DNA of 64,000 nt, from IMG/VR virus record IMGVR_UViG_3300022939_000016, positions 14,730 to 78,729 of that record; one strand, written 5' to 3'. A program made the position numbers and the translations under genes. The notes under the pieces were generated by a model. It was not told the DNA's origin and searched no databases. It saw only the letters and a program-made list of their open reading frames with translations. Numbering within the stretch: position 1 is the stretch's first letter; every line of letters starts with the position of its first letter. Source of the stretch: a virus. Shown piece by piece: positions 38,960 to 48,419 of this stretch.

Positions 38960-39622
38960 TTAAACCCACCAATCCAAAATCATTTCTGGCAAAGTGTGTG
39001 TGTTTGGAAAATCAAGCCCATCAACTGGGAAAGCAGATGTTTCTTTTTCTGGCTCTTCTGAAAATAGGTTTTTGTTTACATATGTACACTCTAAAACTTG
39101 AGGAATGCCTTCTTCGGTTAGCTTCTTGTGGTTATTTCCGTGCATGTGTATCAAGTAAAAGTATTTATTTATTTTGTCAAAGATTTCTTTTATGTTTTTA
39201 TTTTTCGTAACATGTGGATAAAAATGAAATTCTATAATCATTTGCCAAACGTTAGAGAAAAATCCTTCATAAGAAGATAAGCAATCGAATTCTGACCCTT
39301 CTATGTCCATCTGAATTACTGTTGGTAGTTTATGTTCTATAACGTTCTCTAGATTGTCTACCCTTTCCTTAATGAAGAAAACGTTTTCTTCTTTAGATGC
39401 CAGATCGCAAGATCCTTGAAGGTCATAAATTTTACATTCAAAGTTTTTTCGTTTATTGTGTTTTAAAAAATCTTCTTCAAAGCCGGTTTGATTGCTACAT
39501 CCCAGCGACAACAATCTTTCAACCTGAATTAAATTTCCGGCTACTACATAACCACCATCTCTGTTTGGCCCCAGTCTTATTTTGTTTCTATATGCGTATG
39601 GAATTAGCAATTTTTTTAACAC
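38960..39622 (-). CDS. FkbM-like SAM methyltransferase
   Basis: RLGPNRDGGYVV, LLSLG, QMDIEGSE, QMIIEFH, HMHGNN, LECTYVNK. Confidence 0.8.
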   Translation of the reverse strand: MLKKLLIPYAYRNKIRLGPNRDGGYVVAGNLIQVERLLSLGCSNQTGFEEDFLKHNKRKNFECKIYDLQGSCDLASKEENVFFIKERVDNLENVIEHKLPTVIQMDIEGSEFDCLSSYEGFFSNVWQMIIEFHFYPHVTKNKNIKEIFDKINKYFYLIHMHGNNHKKLTEEGIPQVLECTYVNKNLFSEEPEKETSAFPVDGLDFPNTHTLPEMILDWWV

Positions 39623-39631
39623 AAACTATCC

Positions 39632-39874
39632 TTATTGTTGAAGTGAATTTTTAGAATTTTTAATTTCTTCTTCATGATCAACAAAATCAATTTCCAACTT
39701 ATGCACCAGCTTGCTGCCAGCATGTCTGTAAAAACATGGCAAGATTCCATGTATGCATAAATAAATTCCGGCCCTAATACATCCAAGGCCGTGGCCAACC
39801 GCAAACACAAAGTGTTCACAGTAGGTCATGTTATTTTTAGAAAGATGTTCTTTCCATTTTTTTGTTAGAGTCAT
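39632..39874 (-). CDS. DUF6356-like small membrane-associated protein
   Basis: EHL...MTYCEHFVFA...IHGILP pattern. Confidence 0.6.
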   Translation of the reverse strand: MTLTKKWKEHLSKNNMTYCEHFVFAVGHGLGCIRAGIYLCIHGILPCFYRHAGSKLVHKLEIDFVDHEEEIKNSKNSLQQ

Positions 39875-39877
39875 ATA

Positions 39878-40735
39878 TCACCAAGCACGACACGACCAAT
39901 AACGAGCTTTCCATTTTGGACCCGGATTATCACAGTTATGTCTAGCCCTGAAGCTTTTTCTTCTCTTTGGATTGTCCTTCTTAATTTCCATATTAGGATC
40001 GCCAAAGTTGACTTTAACTACGTTACCCTTGTCGTTCTTGACATATACGCTCATTTTCTTGGGACCATCTGGAGTTCTAAAAGGCTTATTTAGCTTTACC
40101 TTGCGACCTTGATATTCTACAGCATAAGATTCTTCTTTTTCAGTTTCTCTAACGTCTGTATATTTCATGTAATCGTATGCTGACGCGACATGGGCTTCGG
40201 CTTTAGAGATATTATCTTGAACCCAAGCTTCAATTTCCATGTCTTCTGTCATCATGTTGTAAAGCTCCATAGCTTGCGATGCAATCTTTTTCAATTGAGC
40301 CTTAGACATTCCTCCCTCTCCACCTTCTCCAGACTGGGCTTTTTTCCAAGCTTCTGGATCTGGCCTGTCTTTGTCACCTCTTTTGGCTGGCTTATAGTTT
40401 TTTCCTTCACGTTCTTTCTTTTTGCGAATATTTTCCCAAAGACCGGGACGATCAGCTGCCACATCCCATTCTACCACATCTTCACCAAAGTCAACATATT
40501 CTGCGTCAGGGGGAGCATAAAAATTATTTTCTGTAATTTCTTCTTCGTATCCATATTCATTGAAGTAAAGCTCAAAGTCTGCCTGAGCAACCGTGCTTAA
40601 ATCTTCCGACGCTTTGCTCAAGCATATAGAAGTTCTTTGTTTTGGTGCATATTCTTTTTTCATCGTTTCGTCGCTCATGCACCTAGACAAAAACTCTGTC
40701 CTTTCTTCGCCATTTTTTTTATTTGGAATTGGCAT
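39878..40735 (-). CDS. Modular phage protein with C-terminal DUF6321-like domain (possible head-internal protein)
   Basis: C-terminus KVKLNKPFR...FGDPNM...RKSFRARHNC...ARYWSC. Likely start MPIP at 40735 after GGAG. Confidence 0.6.
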   Translation of the reverse strand: MPIPNKKNGEERTEFLSRCMSDETMKKEYAPKQRTSICLSKASEDLSTVAQADFELYFNEYGYEEEITENNFYAPPDAEYVDFGEDVVEWDVAADRPGLWENIRKKKEREGKNYKPAKRGDKDRPDPEAWKKAQSGEGGEGGMSKAQLKKIASQAMELYNMMTEDMEIEAWVQDNISKAEAHVASAYDYMKYTDVRETEKEESYAVEYQGRKVKLNKPFRTPDGPKKMSVYVKNDKGNVVKVNFGDPNMEIKKDNPKRRKSFRARHNCDNPGPKWKARYWSCRAW

Positions 40736-41594
40736 TCTGCTCTCCATTGGTTTTTATAGCCTGTTTTAGTATCATGTTCAATCTTCTTTCGGGAATTCTA
40801 GTCTTAAAATTTTCATATATTTCCTTAATCATGGGGTGTTCTGGATCTTGTTTAAGCTCCATCCAGCCCAAGAAATAATTCCATATTCTATCTTCTAAGG
40901 ACAGCTTATAAGGCACTCCATCAGGCCTTCCAAATCTATGCAACCATTTAAACTCAGGCAAGCATATTGCCTTGCCTCCATTTTGCCTAAATTTTTCATG
41001 TATGTAGCCCTCTTCTCCCCCGAAGCCTCTGAATTCCTCATTAAATCCTAGCCAGTTTTTTGTTTCGCATGAAAAAGTTCCAAGACCCATCATGGGAATT
41101 TCAAATGGTTTTCCCGACTTAACGCCTTCTTCGTTTTTGGCCCACTGTCCATACATGTCTCCACCCCAAGTTGGCTTAAAGTGGGTGGCAAAGCCCACAT
41201 GGTTATCGTACATCATGGGTCCAGATACAATGTTTTTGCAATCTGTATTTTTCTCATAATAATTCATTAAGGCATCTATACTGCCGACAGGAAATAATAC
41301 ATGACAATCCATCGAGATGCAATATTTCCCTTTTGCGTTTTTAAAGATTTGATTTCTAGATGCTGTTGTTGTTTTTTCAGTATATGGTATATACCTTACC
41401 TTGTTCTTTAGCCAGCCCCCTACAACAGATTGCAGTTGTTTTCCATGCCTTCCTGATGGATTGTTATCAATAATGATTATTTCTGTGGTTGGCTCTCTAG
41501 CAATTTTGTGATATAATAATAATGATTGTATACTAAAGTACACGCCGTGGTAATCATCGTATGTGGCCATCCCAATCGTTAGTTTTTTTTCCAT
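40719..41594 (-). CDS. Glycosyltransferase, GT2 (GT-A)
   Basis: LTIGMATY, EIIIIDN, SRN...AKGKYCISMDCH, GFNEEFRGFGGEE. Confidence 0.85.
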   Translation of the reverse strand: MEKKLTIGMATYDDYHGVYFSIQSLLLYHKIAREPTTEIIIIDNNPSGRHGKQLQSVVGGWLKNKVRYIPYTEKTTTASRNQIFKNAKGKYCISMDCHVLFPVGSIDALMNYYEKNTDCKNIVSGPMMYDNHVGFATHFKPTWGGDMYGQWAKNEEGVKSGKPFEIPMMGLGTFSCETKNWLGFNEEFRGFGGEEGYIHEKFRQNGGKAICLPEFKWLHRFGRPDGVPYKLSLEDRIWNYFLGWMELKQDPEHPMIKEIYENFKTRIPERRLNMILKQAIKTNGEQNANSK

Positions 41595-41608
41595 GTTTTC
41601 CTCTTTTC

Positions 41609-42634
41609 TTAGCCGGGAGCTTCGTAAAAACCTATGTCAAAACCCTCTCTAGTGCAATTAGCAATGGTTTTTTCCATTCCGTGTTTTTGCAGATGGTTCT
41701 CTATATACATACACATATTTTGATCTGAGTCTTTCCAATTGTTTTTGCAAAAATGGCACAATTTAGTGCATTTCCAGTGACTTCTATCGCTAGAAATGGG
41801 TCTGGGTGTATCATTTTTCTGTATTTCTTCAAATCTATCTTTCAGCATATTCAAGAATTTTTTCTGATCAGATTGGTCAAAACACATAGAAAATGGACCG
41901 CCATCTTTAATGAAGAAAATGCTCATAATAGCTTGTTTATATTCTGGGAATAGTTTAGAGATGGCATAATTATAAAGCAGCAGTTGCGGATCCGAGCATA
42001 GTTTTTCATATGTTTTTTCTTCTCCCGTCGCCCAGTCTAGTCGCCTTCCCGTTTTCCAGTCTATTACCTCTATTGTTTCGTCGTCTACTTTGGTAACTAA
42101 ATCTATAGTACCCTTAATTGCCAGTTGGCCTTTTACCGTTTTTCCGTCTGGCATTTTATATTCAAACTTGGCCCAGTCTTCTTCGATTGGTATATCAAAA
42201 TGAGGTTCTGGTTCAAGAACGTCTCGTTGTCTGGGATCAAATTGTCCAGCGTTGTACTTTAATGTCTTCCATATTAAGTTATGGCACATGTGTTTATCGG
42301 ACATGTCCCAAGAGTGTACCGATGAGCCAGTGTAAAACTTAAAACTTGCATCTAAAAGCTCGTCGATTAGCTCTTCTGACATTAACTCAGAGCGCCTACA
42401 CTTAATCTCTTTCAGTGCATCGTCTTTTATCTTTAAATATTTTACTCTTGCGCTTGCGTCTTGGTCGGCCTTTTTAAGGCCAGCTAGACACTCCATGACT
42501 TTGTGGACAATCGTGCCAAGTTCGGCCTTTTTACCACTTACAGACTGATGCCCAAGAACATATGTTATAAAGTACTGCATTTGACAGTAGGCATAGTTAT
42601 TGTAACTCGATGATCTTACGTATGTAATTAGCAT
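41609..42634 (-). CDS. Cas4/AddB-like PD-(D/E)xK exonuclease with putative Fe-S cysteines
   Basis: SSS...YCQMQY, GTIVHKVME, GTIDLV...IDWKTG, QLLLY, CTKLCHFC. Likely start at 42634 (TAATG overlap). Confidence 0.8.
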   Translation of the reverse strand: MLITYVRSSSYNNYAYCQMQYFITYVLGHQSVSGKKAELGTIVHKVMECLAGLKKADQDASARVKYLKIKDDALKEIKCRRSELMSEELIDELLDASFKFYTGSSVHSWDMSDKHMCHNLIWKTLKYNAGQFDPRQRDVLEPEPHFDIPIEEDWAKFEYKMPDGKTVKGQLAIKGTIDLVTKVDDETIEVIDWKTGRRLDWATGEEKTYEKLCSDPQLLLYNYAISKLFPEYKQAIMSIFFIKDGGPFSMCFDQSDQKKFLNMLKDRFEEIQKNDTPRPISSDRSHWKCTKLCHFCKNNWKDSDQNMCMYIENHLQKHGMEKTIANCTREGFDIGFYEAPG

Positions 42635-43338
42635 TAATTTCTCCAAATATGATTCATGAGCAATGTCTGTTCTTGTAGTTCTGATATATTGTATCCCTGA
42701 TTATCAATAACGTAGTCAAATATATCCCAGTCAAAAACGTCTTTATTCAACGCTGACTCACATGCATGAGTACTCTGCTTTGTGTCTCTGGTAAGCCTGA
42801 TGACAAAACCTCCAGCGTCCTTGATTGCGTGAACTTCGTTTGGAAATCTTACATCTGGTATTACAGCGATTACAGACTGCTCTTCTTCAATAGTTTTCAT
42901 AGTTCTGTCTAGCCATACAGTGTCTTTAATTTCTCTCATAATGTTTGTGCCAAAGTGCTGCAAAAACTCTCTTGCTGTCATTCCATATTTTGTATAGGTA
43001 TTTTTATCTTCGTCGGTTCCGTAAGCCTGCTTAGGCTCAAAATCAAAAAGGTCTACACAAATCATTTTCAGGTAATCTGCAAAGTGATGTATCTTGATGT
43101 ATGGCCAAATGTTATATTCAGCATAAGAAACAAAATCATCATCTCGCCTGAGCAAATCTAATATCCCCCAGCCACTAACATTGTTTTTATTAGTAGTTAA
43201 GATATTTAATTGGCCATTGTCGTCTATTCTGTAGTCTTGAACCATGCCCAAGCTCTTTAAGACATCTCCGTTAATAATGTTTGCAACAGTATTTTTCCCG
43301 GATTGCTTTCGTCCAGATATTCCTATAATTTTGGTCAT
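42634..43338 (-). CDS. Deoxynucleoside monophosphate kinase (T4 gp1-like)
   Basis: IIGISGRKQSGK, FADYLK, AREFLQHFGT, PDVRFPNE, HACE. Confidence 0.88.
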   Translation of the reverse strand: MTKIIGISGRKQSGKNTVANIINGDVLKSLGMVQDYRIDDNGQLNILTTNKNNVSGWGILDLLRRDDDFVSYAEYNIWPYIKIHHFADYLKMICVDLFDFEPKQAYGTDEDKNTYTKYGMTAREFLQHFGTNIMREIKDTVWLDRTMKTIEEEQSVIAVIPDVRFPNEVHAIKDAGGFVIRLTRDTKQSTHACESALNKDVFDWDIFDYVIDNQGYNISELQEQTLLMNHIWRN

Positions 43339-44369
43339 CTTTTAATTCCTTTATTGATTTCTAATATTTGCTCTTTAATTTCTTTAGGGTTCATTTCTCC
43401 AACGTCTTTTCTTGTTAATTGAGGAAATGTTAATGTGTACATTCTTCCCAGCTGCCTTTGTATTTGTATTCTTGCTTCTTTCCCAGCTTGATCGTTGTCC
43501 ATTAAAACGACAATATTTGTAACAGCTAATTTTCTGAGCTTTTTTTCCTGTTGATCAGACAGGGTTTTGCCAAATATACTCACCGCGTTTTTAGCACCCG
43601 CTTCATACATTTTCCAAACGTCTCCTTGCCCCTCTAATAAGTAGATGCTGGACAGTGCATTTGCTTCTTTTTTTGCTCTATGATAATTATATAGATACTG
43701 CCTTTTCTCAAAACCTTTTGGATATAATAAAAATTTAGGAACCTTATATTCTTTGGTAGATCTTCCTATGTATCCGACTATTTTACTGCCATCGTCATTG
43801 TGAATTGGTATTACGGCTCTGTCTTTCATTATACTTTCTTTATCACAATCTCCCACTCCAAAATATCTTAGAGTTGATTTTTTAAAAGCTCTGTTATAAA
43901 AATAATTTGATGGCAGCTGTACTTCGAATTCGTAATCTAGCGCTTTATCTTCTAGCTTATCGTCTTGCTTTTGGAGTATCTCTAGCAGTTCATAAATAGA
44001 CGGTTCTACTTCTTCATCTTGCTCTTGGCTCGTCGTGTTAAAACTGTATAGGCGACCGATGTTAAAATTAGAAGAAACCCAAGACATTACTTCTTTAAAT
44101 GAAACCTCTTTGCCAGCTTGTAAAGATAACGCCCCTTGTATTAAACCAAACACATCGTTTTTATATTCGTGTTGACAATCTCTAGTCCAGCACTTCCATA
44201 TACCCTTATCAACAGAAAAAGAGAATGCCCTTGGGTTATCACTGTTTTCATGAACCGGGCAGGTTGAGTATATATTATCAGAGAAAAGCTCATACTTTAT
44301 TTCTAATTTAGTAAGAACTTGTTCTATCTCTTTGTTTAGCTTATTCTTTATTTTCTTCAGGTTCATCAT
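43335..44369 (-). CDS. dnaG: DNA primase (CHC2 zinc finger + TOPRIM)
   Basis: CPVH...WKCWTRDC, VGYIGR, LLEGQGDV, MDNDQAG. Confidence 0.9.
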   Translation of the reverse strand: MMNLKKIKNKLNKEIEQVLTKLEIKYELFSDNIYSTCPVHENSDNPRAFSFSVDKGIWKCWTRDCQHEYKNDVFGLIQGALSLQAGKEVSFKEVMSWVSSNFNIGRLYSFNTTSQEQDEEVEPSIYELLEILQKQDDKLEDKALDYEFEVQLPSNYFYNRAFKKSTLRYFGVGDCDKESIMKDRAVIPIHNDDGSKIVGYIGRSTKEYKVPKFLLYPKGFEKRQYLYNYHRAKKEANALSSIYLLEGQGDVWKMYEAGAKNAVSIFGKTLSDQQEKKLRKLAVTNIVVLMDNDQAGKEARIQIQRQLGRMYTLTFPQLTRKDVGEMNPKEIKEQILEINKGIKR

Positions 44370-45813
44370 TTAAGTCAATATTTCCTATCTTGTCTGCATC
44401 TATTAGGCCAGTATCTCCTATTGGCTGATTTTTAAACTCGTTGCGAGTTTTTAATTCTATCAGTTTTGCGTGAGATCCAACCATTTGCATATTTATATAG
44501 TCCCCATCGTCTAGGCCAGCGCCGTGTCTAGAGACAATGGGTACTAGCTTTCTATTGCCAGCATTTGGACCATCTTCCGCAAGTTCTTCTGGCGATTTTG
44601 CTTTAAAAATACTAAAAGAAGTACATAGCCAAATTAAACGATCTGATCCACTAACGGCATCGGTACTCTCTTTGGTAATGCCGTCACGATTCAATTGCAC
44701 GAAGGATAGACAAGGTATGTCTAGCTTAACGCATAAATTATGTAGAGAGGTAATCTGGAATCCTAATGCTTGATATTCCTGAATATTGTTTGTAATAGAC
44801 GAGGATGACATCAATTTTAGATAATCATATATGATGAGGCATTCGTTTGTTTTTCCGCTCTCGTCCGTTTTAACTTCCTGCACTATCCAGCGCTTAATTA
44901 AATTCAAAATGCCTTCAAACGGCTTGCCAGCAACACTAATATAACTATAAGGAACGCTGTTAAGCTTTGCTACGCTTTCGTTTACTTTAGACAGTTTCTC
45001 TTCGTCGTCAACAAATTTACCAGTTGCTATCTCATTAATTGTTACGCCGCTAATATTTGCTAAAAGTCGATTCAAGTGATCCTCTTTGGACATTTCTGTA
45101 TCTAGTACCAGAACGGGAATACCTAATGAAGACACATTAAGGGCAACATTATCAGCGAACACTGATTTACCAACTTTGGGTCTTGCAGATACAAGGTCAA
45201 CGCATTTTCGTCTAAGACCACCCCCAATGGCTTCGTCATATCTAGAGAATCCCGTGGGTATACCAATGATATCGCATTTATTTTCTGATAAAAATTGTAC
45301 ATAATCTTCTACGCCTTCACCTATTTTTTCTGGATTTTCGCTACCGCTATCTTCTCTCAAGAAATCGGTTACTGGATTTTCAAGTACTCCAATAATTTCA
45401 TCTATTGTTTCAGAGCCATCAATTTTATCTATGTCTTTATGTACTTTTAATGATAGCTTTTTTATTTTCCTTGCAAACTCAAATTTCTTTAATTGTGCAG
45501 CAAACTTAATTATGTTATCCTGATTAACAGGGAAGTCAAAAAGCGATTTGATGTATTTAATTTCTTGTTTTGTGCTAATTGTTTCAATTAAATTAAGCTT
45601 TTCTGCGGAAGCTAATAACGAAGCTATATCTACAGATTTTTCTTCTAGTATAATATCTTCCAAGCACTTGTATATAGCTTGATTGTTTGTATTAACAAAG
45701 CTATCTGAGGTAACGAGATCGGATATGCGAACATATACGTCTACTCCGTATTGCATTAATCCTGCCAATACAGCCCTTTCCGAACCAACATCTAATAATT
45801 TATTTGAGTTCAC
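44341..45813 (-). CDS. dnaB: Replicative DNA helicase
   Basis: SERAVL, GIPTGF, ARPKVGKS, TEMS, IYDYLKLM, QLNR. Confidence 0.92.
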   Translation of the reverse strand: MNSNKLLDVGSERAVLAGLMQYGVDVYVRISDLVTSDSFVNTNNQAIYKCLEDIILEEKSVDIASLLASAEKLNLIETISTKQEIKYIKSLFDFPVNQDNIIKFAAQLKKFEFARKIKKLSLKVHKDIDKIDGSETIDEIIGVLENPVTDFLREDSGSENPEKIGEGVEDYVQFLSENKCDIIGIPTGFSRYDEAIGGGLRRKCVDLVSARPKVGKSVFADNVALNVSSLGIPVLVLDTEMSKEDHLNRLLANISGVTINEIATGKFVDDEEKLSKVNESVAKLNSVPYSYISVAGKPFEGILNLIKRWIVQEVKTDESGKTNECLIIYDYLKLMSSSSITNNIQEYQALGFQITSLHNLCVKLDIPCLSFVQLNRDGITKESTDAVSGSDRLIWLCTSFSIFKAKSPEELAEDGPNAGNRKLVPIVSRHGAGLDDGDYINMQMVGSHAKLIELKTRNEFKNQPIGDTGLIDADKIGNIDLNDEPEENKE

Positions 45814-45820
45814 TTAGCTG

Positions 45821-46222
45821 TTATCCTATGCACTTGTCGCATCTGTAAAACTCGCCATAAACAAGCCCTGCATTTATCTTGCTTTTTTGCCCACACTTGT
45901 GGCATGTAACAGTTGTTTTTTTAGGCTTAGATCTATTGCGAGGAGTAATACTAGCATCTGGAGTTTCGATGTGCCTGTCTTCTCCAGTGTCCTTCCAAGT
46001 ATTTTTATTGGCTCTCACTGCTTCTTTGCGTTTCTTAGAAATATTATTTTGCTTTATTACCTTAAAATCGCTGTTGACTTTTATTTCTTCTTGATCGTCT
46101 TGCATCATTTCCTTTAAGTGTGGAGGCATAGTTGTCCAAGATGTTGAATTTTCTGTTAGTATATCAAGCAGCTCTGCTCTTTCTTCTATCGTTAAGCCAT
46201 CTACGAAATTCCGTAAGTTCAT
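45821..46222 (-). CDS. Hypothetical protein with C-terminal zinc ribbon
   Basis: CHKC...CDKC at the C-terminus; immediately upstream of dnaB. Confidence 0.55.
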   Translation of the reverse strand: MNLRNFVDGLTIEERAELLDILTENSTSWTTMPPHLKEMMQDDQEEIKVNSDFKVIKQNNISKKRKEAVRANKNTWKDTGEDRHIETPDASITPRNRSKPKKTTVTCHKCGQKSKINAGLVYGEFYRCDKCIG

Positions 46223-46680
46223 AACCTTTTCCCCTTTTCCATTAGTATATCACCTTTTCGTTTTAATTCGTACACTTTGCCATCTAGCTCTTGTATCCTC
46301 GCTTCTGCGACTTGTTTGTAATTATCAATAGATGCGGCATATTCATTGTCAACAACTATCATTTGCATTCTTATTTCGTGCTTAGTATATGGGTTAAACT
46401 TGTCGTTGTATTTAGCTACCATTTTTTGTAATTGGTCATTGCATAAATTAAATACAACTTTTTGTCTATTGATTTGATCCTGAATATATGAGGCATAACC
46501 ATATAGAGCATAGGCATAATCAAAAAGCTCTTCTTGATTAAGCTTTTTAACTTGCTCCATCTCCATGTCGGCAGCTAATAGAAATTCTTCACGAAATGTG
46601 GCAAACTTTGTGTTTGTTTCATTTGTAAATTGATCTAGCTTTTCAAGGAAATTTTCAACGGTTTCTTTAGCTGTTTTCAA
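46219..46680 (-). CDS. Helical coiled-coil protein (UvsY-like mediator possible)
   Basis: 153 aa, all-helical heptad pattern between recA and dnaB; function inferred from context only. Confidence 0.4.
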   Translation of the reverse strand: MKTAKETVENFLEKLDQFTNETNTKFATFREEFLLAADMEMEQVKKLNQEELFDYAYALYGYASYIQDQINRQKVVFNLCNDQLQKMVAKYNDKFNPYTKHEIRMQMIVVDNEYAASIDNYKQVAEARIQELDGKVYELKRKGDILMEKGKRL

Positions 46681-47089
46681 TTTGTTCTCTCCATTGCTCG
46701 TCTGTGTCCGAATGCTTCAACTCAATCAAGTCAATTTTGTTCAACTTGCACCACTCTATTTTATCTTCATCCTTGGCTTTTGCCAACACAAAATCTGCTT
46801 TCGTCTTATGGAAAAATGGCGTGAATTCATAATGTTGTTGACCGTGAACTTCTATAGCAAGCATTATTTGTGGCACATAAAAATCTAAATATAAAACTCC
46901 CTTTCTGTGTCTTGGTGTACTTCCCGGTAGCTTAACTTCTTCAAGTATTCTATAACTATGGAAGATAGTCTTCAAGAGTTTTCTTGCGCGAACGTGGTAC
47001 TTTGACCGCCTTCTTGTGTCGTTCGCGTCCACGGAATAATTTCTTAAATCCCAAGCGTACTCTCTGCCATTTAAACCCTTAACTTTCAT
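46667..47089 (-). CDS. Vsr/DUF559-like endonuclease
   Basis: LYLDFYVP...AIEVHGQQHY...DEDKIEWCKLNKIDLIEL. Confidence 0.75.
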   Translation of the reverse strand: MKVKGLNGREYAWDLRNYSVDANDTRRRSKYHVRARKLLKTIFHSYRILEEVKLPGSTPRHRKGVLYLDFYVPQIMLAIEVHGQQHYEFTPFFHKTKADFVLAKAKDEDKIEWCKLNKIDLIELKHSDTDEQWREQIENS

Positions 47090-47171
47090 TTTCTGGCCTG
47101 TACAAATAAATAAATAGAATTACCCAAACAGTCAATAGCCCAATAATCTTAGGCCACATGTCATTACTCAT
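47079..47171 (-). CDS. 30-aa single-pass membrane microprotein (not in ORF track)
   Basis: MSNDMWPKIIGLLTVWVILFIYLYRPENES*; overlaps both neighbours as the other operon genes do. Confidence 0.5.
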   Translation of the reverse strand: MSNDMWPKIIGLLTVWVILFIYLYRPENES

Positions 47172-47310
47172 TGACCACCTTCTTTAATTTCTTTTCTGCG
47201 TTACGAATAGTCCTCTTTGCATACTCAGTTAATTCGTAGTCTTTCTTATATACCCGAATAGCGTCTAGTATTCTCCAAGCTTCCGTTTTTGTTAGTTCTA
47301 CTTGAGCCAT
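47164..47310 (-). CDS. 48-aa helical microprotein (not in ORF track)
   Basis: MAQVELTKTEAWRILDAIRVYKKDYELTEYAKRTIRNAEKKLKKVVNE*; TAATG coupling to the recA stop. Confidence 0.65.
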   Translation of the reverse strand: MAQVELTKTEAWRILDAIRVYKKDYELTEYAKRTIRNAEKKLKKVVNE

Positions 47311-48419
47311 TAAAATAATTCCTTAATCTTGTCGTAAATGAATGATGATATATCAGGATTTTCATTTAAAAACTCAAGAGTATTATTAGCACCCTGAAAT
47401 TTAAAAAATCTCTCGATATCTTCTTCTTTATCTCCAACGTTGTTATCCTTAAGAAGTTTTTGAATAGTTGGGTGTTGAACGTCATCCAATGCGCACTGAA
47501 TTGTATACCAAGCTCCAGCAGTCTTAATTAGTCTAAACTCGCAGGCAATCTGTACAACTTCCTGTGTTTCGTCAATACCAATTCCATAACGTATCCAACT
47601 TTCGGCTGTGCTGTTTGGAAGACCGCCAGCGCAAGATGTTTTTATTGCCCAGTTGGCAATTTGCCCAACGTGCGGGCCGCTATCTTTTGGCACTTGCCAT
47701 CTTCCACGGTGCGTAATAACCATGTTAGTTCCAGCTTGATATTGTAGCATGTTTCCGCAATCAGCCATTTTGGATGGAGAATATGGTGATCCACCGGTAT
47801 TGGCAATGTTGTGCGTAATACATGTCAGTATGGTTTTATTCTTCATAAGCGTACCGCTGATTCGCTTGAAGAACATAGACAGCAAACGTGGCAACGCATT
47901 GCGAACTCCTGTTCTTATTTCTCCATCAAGTTCATCTTGGGGAACCATGTTGGATAATGAGTCAGCAATTATTAAGCATCCGGGATCGTTATTGATATAG
48001 TATTCAATAATGTTTAGAAAATCTTGTGCTGATAATATTTTATCATCTGTTGATTCTATAATTAATATCTTGTCTGCTTTTAAGCCTTTGATGCCGTCGA
48101 AATTCTGTCGTGATAATCTACCCTCCGTGTTAACATAAATCACACGCTTGCCAAGAGCTTGGCATTTTGAAGCAAAATGAAGGGCGGTTGTGGTTTTACC
48201 GGATTTAGGATCTCCAGTCATTACCACAACACTACCCTCCCGTAAACCGCCACCCAAGGCAATGTCTAGGGCAGGTGACACTCCAATAACTTGAAGACTA
48301 TTTATAGATTCAAGGACTTCTGTGCCACTCCTAACAACATCTCCATACTTACTAACGATTGAATTGCTAACAACGTCGCTATCAAACTTGCTTGATGATT
48401 TTTTCTTTAGCTTACTCAT
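47310..48419 (-). CDS. recA: RecA/UvsX-like recombinase
   Basis: SPALDIALGGG, GDPKSGKTT, NTEGRL, IIADS, YGIGID, AGAWY. Confidence 0.9.
   Translation of the reverse strand: MSKLKKKSSSKFDSDVVSNSIVSKYGDVVRSGTEVLESINSLQVIGVSPALDIALGGGLREGSVVVMTGDPKSGKTTTALHFASKCQALGKRVIYVNTEGRLSRQNFDGIKGLKADKILIIESTDDKILSAQDFLNIIEYYINNDPGCLIIADSLSNMVPQDELDGEIRTGVRNALPRLLSMFFKRISGTLMKNKTILTCITHNIANTGGSPYSPSKMADCGNMLQYQAGTNMVITHRGRWQVPKDSGPHVGQIANWAIKTSCAGGLPNSTAESWIRYGIGIDETQEVVQIACEFRLIKTAGAWYTIQCALDDVQHPTIQKLLKDNNVGDKEEDIERFFKFQGANNTLEFLNENPDISSFIYDKIKELF

Noticed and set aside
41609-42634. CRISPR-Cas locus suggested by the Cas4-like gene
   Set aside because: No repeat-spacer array or other cas genes; the context is a phage replication/recombination operon.
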